DNA from: Octopus sinensis
Taxonomy: Eukaryota
Direction of reading: 5' to 3'
DNA length: 64,000 nt
Assembly: GCF_006345805.1 (NCBI RefSeq)
Contig: NC_043002.1
Coordinates: 15,624,001-15,688,000, forward strand
In this document: positions 55,113 through 64,000 of the stretch, one piece after another
Position numbering within the stretch: the stretch's first letter is position 1
Layout: every line of letters begins with the position of its first letter
Program-made: the position numbers and the translations under genes
Notes under the pieces: model-generated
Told to the model about the DNA's origin: nothing
The model's input: the letters and a program-made list of their open reading frames with translations, nothing else
Databases searched by the model: none

Positions 55113-55120
55113 GATACCAT

Positions 55121-55137
55121 AAATAATAATAATAATA

Positions 55138-55204
<67 letters not shown>

Positions 55205-55209
55205 GTAAT
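55121..55209. repeat. (AAT)n microsatellite
   Basis: Direct reading. Confidence 0.97.
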
Positions 55210-55308
55210 ATTTTAGAATTGATGTAACTCTTCACATAGGTAAACAGAAAAGATGAAGAGCGTGATGCGATTGCGATTGATATTTTATTGGTTGAACAAT
55301 GTATATAT

Positions 55309-55408
<100 letters not shown>

Positions 55409-55422
55409 ATATAAATATATAT

Positions 55423-55864
55423 ATAAATATAAGGGTAGCAAAGAATTCTAGAAACAATTCTCCGCTACAAGCGGTCCAGCGAGAAAGTAAAGATAGTCAA
55501 AGACTATATAATACACATTAAAAAATATAAGGAATGGCCATAATAGGACATTCGACTCACTAGAAAGAGCAGTGAACTGCTGATTTAATTCAAAATTAGC
55601 CTAAAAATCATTAATTTATAGGGTAAACGTTTTTGTTTCTCTTTCAATTTCAGAATTACAACTATTAGCGGTTTGAGTTTGGCTGCTCTTTCTAGTGAGT
55701 CGAATGTCCTATTATGGCCAATCCTTATATTTTTGAATGTATATTATATAGTCTTTGACAATCCTTTCTTTCCTGCTGGACCGCTGGTAGCGGATAATTT
55801 TTTACTACCCTTATATTTATAAATTAATGATTTTTTGACCAATTTTAAAATTAAATCAGCAGTT
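55423..55864. repeat. double inverted repeat next to (TA)n
   Basis: 55423-55572 pairs with 55683-55820; 55575-55620 pairs with 55818-55864. Confidence 0.8.
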
Positions 55865-55880
55865 TATATTTGCATAAACT

Positions 55881-56338
55881 TATATGCATATACATATTCC
55901 TACACACAGACAAACATGAAGTTACACACTCACAGCCATGCTCATACTGAAATAAACATATTTATGACCACAAACGTATGAACAAAACAAAAAGAGCCCT
56001 GCAAATTTCTCTATATATAACAAGAATAATATGTATCCGAAAATGGAAGAATGGATATTTGATATGCATATACAATTGTAAGTAACGTTTTGTGTGTGAG
56101 TTTACTTTTGTGTGTGCGTGGGGGTGGAGGGAGTTCCAGTATATTTTAATTTTGAATAAATTTATATTAAAAGAGAAATATTAAACATGAATACATTTGA
56201 ATTAGAAGCATTTACACTTACGCTTTCATATATTTATGAAATGTAAATGAATACATTCGTTTCTGATATTTTAAGAAACGTGATTTACCATTTTGTTTAG
56301 CCAAATCAATTTTGAGTTCTCATATAAATATATATATG

Positions 56339-56386
<48 letters not shown>

Positions 56387-57286
56387 TATTTGACACACAC
56401 AAACACACATAAAAACCCACCCACATACACACACACACAGAGATATATATAGATATATATACAGTCCCTTCATTAACGCGCTCCTCCCAAATTATTAGTC
56501 GTTCCGAGGCTATGATTAAACATACTTCTTGCCGAGGCCACCACGTAGTAGAACTGGATCCTAAGCCACGTATATGAATCGAGATTTTTTCACACACAAT
56601 CATACATGCAGTTCTAATGTAAAAATGAAAGAATAATTAAATTGGAGAAAATATAACACATAACGAAATTGATGACCCTACATGTTTCGGAATTCTATGT
56701 TGTCTCAAAATAATGAACAAATTAACTAAAAATATATTATAATTTTAATTAGTTAGTTACTCTAAGGTATGATAGGTAAAGGGAAATCTATAAAATCTTT
56801 TAGAATATTTTCCTTCCGATTTGAAGGTGGAAACCTTTTCACATAACCTCTCTTAAGAACTCAAAATTGATTTGGTTGAACAATATTGTAATAAATCACA
56901 TTTCTTAGAATATCAGAAACGAATGTACTCCTTTACATTTTATAGAGTTAATTGTAAATGCTTCTTTTGCAAATTTATCCATGTTTGACATTTCTGTTTA
57001 TATATATATTTATTCAAAATTAAAATATACTGCAACTCCCTCCACCCCACGCACACACAAATATAAACACTCACACAAAACGTTACTTACAATTGTATAT
57101 GCATATCAAATATCCATTCTTCCATTTTCGGATACATATTATTCATGCTATGTATACAGGCATTTTCAGGGTTCTTTTTGTTTTGTGCATACGTTTGTGG
57201 TCATAAATGTATGTATTTCAGTATGAGCATGGCTGTGAGTGTGTTAGTTCATGTTTGTCTGTATGTAGGCACATGCATATGCATAT
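55881..57286. repeat. diverged inverted duplication, ~430-bp arms
   Basis: 55881-56320 is the reverse complement of 56856-57286 (e.g. acacactcacagccatgctcatactgaaata / tatttcagtatgagcatggctgtgagtgtgt). Confidence 0.88.
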
Positions 57287-57290
57287 ATAT

Positions 57291-57334
<44 letters not shown>

Positions 57335-57336
<2 letters not shown>

Positions 57337-57521
57337 ATATAGTATGTGGCAATTATTCGGTGGCCTTCAGAAAACTCAGAGGTGTCGTTGCAGGTTTCCG
57401 CCCAGACACCCGAAACTCGGAATTTTATTATGGCATCCGAATAATTGTCACATATTATATTACAGATAAATACTTCTATTTACATATCTCCTTCATTCTT
57501 TTGTTGTCTTACGATTAATAA

Positions 57522-57525
<4 letters not shown>
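57335..57525 (+). mobile_element. decayed fold-back hammerhead element
   Basis: ~30-bp arms 57335-57365 and 57432-57460; spacer aaaa-ctcaga-ggtgtc..gacacc-c-GAAAC; tail to (TA)n. Confidence 0.55.
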
Positions 57526-57592
<67 letters not shown>

Positions 57593-58720
57593 AATATATA
57601 TTTGCATATACATATATGAAACAAGTAAGAGAGAGTAAACGAGACACGCGAGCGCGCGCACACACACTCACACACACACAGAAACACACATTCATACACA
57701 CTTATATTCGTTCGGAAAGACAATCCTATCACATTATTCACATGAAGATCCTGAAGGTAACTTTTATATTCTTACAGTAAAATAAAGATGAATTTTTGCA
57801 TTCTCTCATACTTAGCATATTAACGTATCCAATAGCAGTTTTATTACTCACTATATTATCTTGGTAAAGCGAGTTTAGATCAAACCTATTAGCCATATAT
57901 TCTATACGAATTTAAAGGGGTGTTTAGCATCAGAAGCGATAGCATATATATTCTTTGTTTATGGAAATGAATTCTTAAGTATACGATTACACCAATATAC
58001 GAATATACCAGTGAGGATTCCACGAATTTCGATATTGAACATTTTCTTTCGCAGATTCTCATCTGTATGCACGTCAAATTTCTGCCGATGTTGAGCTTTT
58101 AAATGCAGTAGTTGAGAGAATTCCATAGCAAACTGTACAAAATTGAGCATAAACCTTAATTCAATTCGCACATGGCACGTAAAACCCCTTTCTGAATTGA
58201 CAAATTTATCAAAATTTGGCGTGTATTCCCCTTCATGTGACTGCTTCATCAAAGTGTGCCATCCGCACGTCGTTGATGTGTAGAATTAGCAAAAGTTAAA
58301 AGTAATAAAAAGCGAGTTCTCTATAACGATATTCATCCAACGTAAGCGACAATGGTTAGCACCCAATGATAAGAGAGATACCGTTCCCAAACTAGAATTA
58401 CAGCCGAAGGAGATTATGCTGTTTGTTTTTTTGGCCAGGTACAAACTAAACTAGCATAAATTATGCTCGCACGCATAAATACCACTTCACCACATTTGGG
58501 CAACCGCACAGGTGCACCCATACTCACACACTCACCTGCTTTACTTCTACACACCAAGAAATCTGGGTGTGCTGATATTGTTTGACAACACCAGTTGTTC
58601 CGCCTTGAAGTAGCCATCTTGGACTTCAAGTATCACACCGTTCGGTAATCTAAAACCTGAAAGACTCGAGTTTCTGTTAAAACCCTTCGAAACTTCAAGT
58701 CACAGAGAACCGAAAAACCG

Positions 58721-58756
<36 letters not shown>

Positions 58757-58791
58757 ATATGCCTACATGCATTAATACATATACGTATACA

Positions 58792-59203
58792 GGCGTAGGA
58801 GTGGCTGTGTGGCACGTAGCTTGCTTACTAACCACATGGCTTCGGGTTCAGTCCCACTGCGTGGCACCTTGGGCAAGTGTCTTCTAATATAGCCTCGGGT
58901 CAACTAAAGACTTGTGAGTGGATTTGGTAGACGGAAACTGAAAGAAGCCCATCGTATATAGGTAGATATATATGTATGTGTGTATATGTTTATGTATTTG
59001 TTTTTGTCCTCCCAACATCGCTTGACGACCGATGCTGATGCGTTTACGTCCCCGTAACTTAGCAGTTGGGTAAAAAAGACCCGATAGAATAAGTACTAGG
59101 CTTACAAAGAATAAGTCCTGGGGTCGACTTGCTCGACTAATGGCGGTGCTCCAGCGTGGCCATAGTCACATGACTGAAACAAGTAAAAGAGTGAAAAGAG
59201 AGT
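58792..59203 (+). mobile_element. SINE family B
   Basis: Complete head, ccttgggcaagtgt central motif and tail. Confidence 0.92.
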
Positions 59204-60713
59204 ATGCATATATAACCATTGATATATATTTACACAAACACATATACGCACGTACATATATATTCTATATAATATAAATGGACATTAAAATGAAAAATTC
59301 AGACAAATCAGCAAAATTTAAGCTCTGTTCAGTTAGTTACAAAATGCACCGATTTATATATATCATGAAAGTGTTTTAGCTGTTTTTCTCTCATTGCAGG
59401 TGGTTTGCATGTGTGAATATGAAGTACAACACAGATGGTAATAACTCACTCAATATGTTTTTAAATATTATTCGTCGATTTCGGGTTAAGACGAGATATA
59501 ATGTTAATTGTAGAATTGTCTTTATAGCATCAATTAAATTAACAAATGTTCATTGAACTTATATTCTGGCAGCTCTATAAATTTCATGTTTTATTTTTCA
59601 AATACACTGCTTATATAAAGAATTGTTATATTGCAAGGGCAAACACATATCAAGTTATACGTAAGTTTCATGAAGATCATTGAAAATTATGTTGTAATAA
59701 CTGTGACGCTTTAATGTTAGAATGTTGGAATTAGTATTCTATTTTGATTTCAATTTCTTCTTGGGTATATTTAATTTACTTTTATCATTTTATTTTATTA
59801 ACCATTGTTTAAAGTGCAATTTTGTAAAACTTGGAAGCAGTAAGGTACATCCCCTAGTTACTAGAAACGCTAAATAATGATTACATGCTGTAAAAAAAAC
59901 AGTAACAAATGTTATATCTGATGCAAACACACCAAATTATACTTTCGTTTCCATTTTCTCTTTTTGCCCATCACAAAACAGAAGGAAATAAAACAAAATA
60001 TAAAAAACAAAGAAGAATTTGAAAACATTCTATGTCAAAATAGTATCGTACAAAATAAAGACGAAACGCAGGATGGAATTTCATTCGAATTTCCGACAAA
60101 TTGGCAATTAGCAAGACCAATTTGTGTCTAATTTAGAAAGTGGTAAGCAGAACGTGAAATCCATCATGATTCTTTTCCGCTGAAGCATGAATTTAATTTT
60201 ACTTAAGTTTAGTATTGCTTTTGTTGCATAGGAACATATGAAAGGTTCATTGGTTGCATAGAAACAGTAAAATTCCCTTAACAAATATATATTCACCTTG
60301 AAAATTTGTAAAATACAACTGAATCCAATTATCTTCTTTTCATATATTTGACTTTGATTCATTTCTATGTTATTTTATTTCTATTTCCAAAGCGTTTCTA
60401 CTAAATTAAGGTGTAGAGCAGTGAAAAATGTTTTAGTTAACTGTAATAATATTAGTTTGTTATTATACATTGCGAGTTCAAATTCATAGCTTTAACGTTT
60501 ACTTTTATCTATGTATTCGGTTGTATCCATAATATTTTATACTCTACAGTTTGTTTCAATGGTTGCTACATTTAGTCTTTTGATGAGCATAAATTCTCAG
60601 GGTCCATGAAAGCGATATACAGATATAGACGGAAATATTGGGAATGAACAGAGACTTGTCCATAATCTTATATATTTCTTCTCTAGGAAAGAGGAGTCTG
60701 TCATATATATATA

Positions 60714-60743
<30 letters not shown>

Positions 60744-60746
<3 letters not shown>

Positions 60747-61050
60747 AATGAAAGAATGGAGTCGAACGACGATTTAACAAAATTCCTTTATTCTCGATAT
60801 ATGTTTCGAAGACTGCATATTCCTAATTGCAGTCTTCGAAACATATGTCGAGAATAAAGGAATTTTGTTAAATCGTCGTTCGACTCCATTCTTTCATTTA
60901 TTTATAGTAAAAAAAACACACAAATTTCCACATGAAAGCACGTGATCTCTGCATTTGGCATGTAGCTTCAACCGTGTTTTCTGACGTGAATTTGCTACCC
61001 GGGTATCGGTTAACCGAATTATCCATACTAGGATAATTCATTCAACTACT
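60744..61050 (+). mobile_element. fold-back PLE terminus, related to the 25368-25662 pLTR
   Basis: Arms 60744-60817 and 60828-60901; half hammerhead GAAACATATGTC; tail 60902-61050 is homologous to the reverse complement of ~25380-25470. Confidence 0.85.
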
Positions 61051-61367
61051 TATATATATATATATATATATATGCTTCGTTAGAATAATTATATTTAATA
61101 ACTGCTGCAGAATAGATGGAATATAGGGTTACTGAAATTTTTTCATGTGAGCTGGTAAGTATGGAAGGGCTGGTAAAGAGCTGATGCTAGTAAAGTTTAT
61201 AGGATAACTATAAACTTTTCAATCATTGATAATATATAATCTTCAATCTGTATATATTTCGAAATTGTCAATCGTCTTTGAATTACGAATACAACGCACC
61301 CTAGAGACAAAAGAAATGATTGTAATATTCAAATACTTTACATTCAAAATAGAAAGAAAACACTGCC

Positions 61368-61525
61368 ACATCAATTGTATACTTACTTTCTTAAGATAAC
61401 AGAATGGTATTCATCAATTGTATTGCACTGAAATCAGAAATAAAGCATTGTATCATCAATTGTATACTTACTTTTCTAAGATAATTGAATGGGATTCATT
61501 AAAAGTTTTGCACTGAAATAAATAA
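61368..61525. repeat. ~85-bp tandem duplication
   Basis: catcaattgtatacttactt..taagataa..gaatgg.attcat...ttgcactgaaat occurs twice. Confidence 0.8.
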
Positions 61526-62056
61526 ACCTAAAGTGAATTGACATTTATAAGACATGATTATGGTGTGTTGAAATAGGAGGAAAACAGTTTCACTGAGATG
61601 GTGAATTGCTAAATATGGTTGGAGTGACTAAAAATCATCACTTCGACGATATCAGTATATAAGAATGTATTTAATGTTTGTTTCTTTCACAATTTTTCAT
61701 TCTTGTAACAACGGATTCCAGATATTTTTTTTTCATTAATACTTTGGGTTTCTATCCAGAACCTAATTATTACGGAAACAAAACTAAATTTATGGAACAT
61801 TTCATGAAGGTAAATGCAGCTATTCAGGTGGGAAATGTTGAAACTTGTTCTTCAACAACACATGGAGTATCCCGTAACATTGATCAAGAAATTACATCTC
61901 CGTTTATTCGTTCCATTCTTCTTTGAAATTCTGTGAACAGTTCACTTTGTCTTTCACTCCGTAACACCGGAAACATACAACGAGCAATGGAGTTAAATCC
62001 CTTCAATCATTTCCAACAATAATGTGTGCTGTGTATCCACTTTTATTCCATACAAT

Positions 62057-62381
62057 GGATGGAATCACTCAGTAGGTTACGACGACGAGGGTTCCGGTTG
62101 ATCTGAATCAACGGAACAGCCTGCTCGTGAAATTAACGCGTAAGTGGCTGAGCACTCCACAGACAGGTGTACCCTTGATGTAGTTGTCGGGGATATTCAG
62201 CGTGACACAGAGAGTGACAAGGCCGGCCCTTTGAAATACAGGTACATCAGAAACAGGAAGCCTCGTGGAGCTTTAGGAGTTTTCGCTCAATAAACACTCA
62301 CAACGCCCGGTCTGGGAATCGAAACCGCGATCCTATGACCGCGAGTCCGCTGCCCTAACCACTGGGCCATTGCGCCCCCAC
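62057..62381 (-). mobile_element. chimeric SINE (family C-type head plus family A tail) with 12-bp TSD
   Basis: TSD attccatacaat at 62045-62056 and 62382-62393. Confidence 0.88.
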
Positions 62382-63118
62382 ATTCCATACAATATATGTC
62401 TCAGGACAGTGAGAGGAACGGTATATTTTTACGGTTTTGTATTTTTACTATCATTTATGATACATTCATAACAGAATCAATCGAAGCTTTCTTTCTTAAT
62501 GAAATAAGATCGATAAAAAAGGAGACTGTATCAAACATCCACGGACAAAATGTGTTTGTCGTCTAAAAGTGTCTTTAAAAATAGGGAAGGAGTCACCAAA
62601 TGATAAACTTTGCAATAACATGATAAATCTAATACTAACATCTGGTTTTAAAATAATCGAGAATATAAACACGTATAGATATTTACGATTGTTTCACGTG
62701 AGATGTCTTGGTTCTAATCATTCCGTAAAGTTAACTATTTCGTGGTGGCAATGGGTCATAAGGATGCACTGGCTGAGAATGTAAAGTGCTACCTAAACAG
62801 CAAGTTAGAAACAGTCATAATAATATAATTGCTACAATATTAGTGGGCCGTTTAGAATAAAATGAAACTTTATTTAAATATAAAAAAACTGTTTCAAAGA
62901 GGAGTGTAAATAAAGTTTTAGAATTACTTATTTAAATACCAGAGGATAGTGAAATATTTTACAGACGGAATTATTTACATTCGATATAAGAAATTGTGTG
63001 GCTAATTTATTGATGTATGAATGCAGTAGAGTTTGACATTTTGTCAATTTAGAATTTACAGAATATCTGTTATACATACACAACAACACACACAGACACA
63101 GACACAGACACACGCACA

Positions 63119-63202
<84 letters not shown>

Positions 63203-64000
63203 TATATATACACCAAGTATTTGTTGTAAAATTTGCAAACAACACAACTGTTTTCAAAAATATACAAGAGGTTACAACTTTCCGCATTTGCAGAAAATAC
63301 ATAACCAAACAACAAAAAAAACATGTATATATCCTCGTATCCACACAGACACACACACACACGCACACACACACACAAAATACACACACATACACACTTA
63401 CACACACATACATGCACGCACATGAATACAGAAAGATGCATATTCTTTGGAATAGAAATAATTATAATTTTACGACGCACAGACTTAAAATTATTGATAT
63501 TTACATGTGTGGTAATCTCCCATATTGCATCCCGAGTTCCCTTACTATAATTAGAAAATATCAATGATTAATCAATTTCAAGGATTTATGTATTTAAATG
63601 GTGAATTATAAGTTACGCTCTTCACTTCAAAGAGTAGTTTAGGTGCCTTTTACAGGTCAGGAACAGTAGATTTTAAATTTTAAATTTCACATGAAAAGTT
63701 TAAAGATTATATATGTCTAAAAGCATTTCATTGTAAATTAAAGTTTCAGTGTCAAACGATATTAAAAGCTCTAAACTGAAATGTGTCCTTTCATAATGTC
63801 GTAACACATTCTGATCTTACTTTTAATAGTCCGCCTCATTAAATTCTAAATATTTTAGTGTTCAACCCGGAAATCCTGCATAAGCAGAAATATTACGTCT
63901 AGTGGACTGCTTCAGTAATATCTAATCTGTGCGTAAAGTTACATTTATAAATCTTCTATTGCATGAGTAATCAAATGCGTAGGTTTCACACATATAACTC

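Noticed and set aside
57959-58252. 97-aa minus-strand ORF MMKQSHEG...
   Set aside because: No recognisable domain or splice signals; starts at a non-ATG codon.

Overview
AT-rich, repeat-dominated eukaryotic DNA; I found no securely identifiable host protein-coding gene. The tRNA-derived SINE families and the very high (TA)n/(CA)n density suggest an octopus (coleoid cephalopod) genome (inference). Contents: four SINE families, one full-length and three relic mariner transposons, CR1-like and RTE LINE fragments, three non-autonomous Helitrons, a solo LTR with a 4-bp TSD, a pogo/Tigger-like MITE and several Penelope-like element (PLE) pieces. Most listed ORFs are microsatellite artefacts. Main discovery: a recurrent class of fold-back (palindromic) insertions in (TA)n tracts, with the layout (TA)n-[inverted arm]-[arm with hammerhead ribozyme]-[unpaired tail]-(TA)n. 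There are six intact-looking hammerhead motifs plus several decayed ones, from at least five sequence families, and one family is linked to a GIY-YIG PLE ORF. Second discovery: a decayed reading frame in which a Ulp1/C48-like protease domain precedes a PLE reverse-transcriptase N-terminus. All calls were made by eye, and relic boundaries are approximate.
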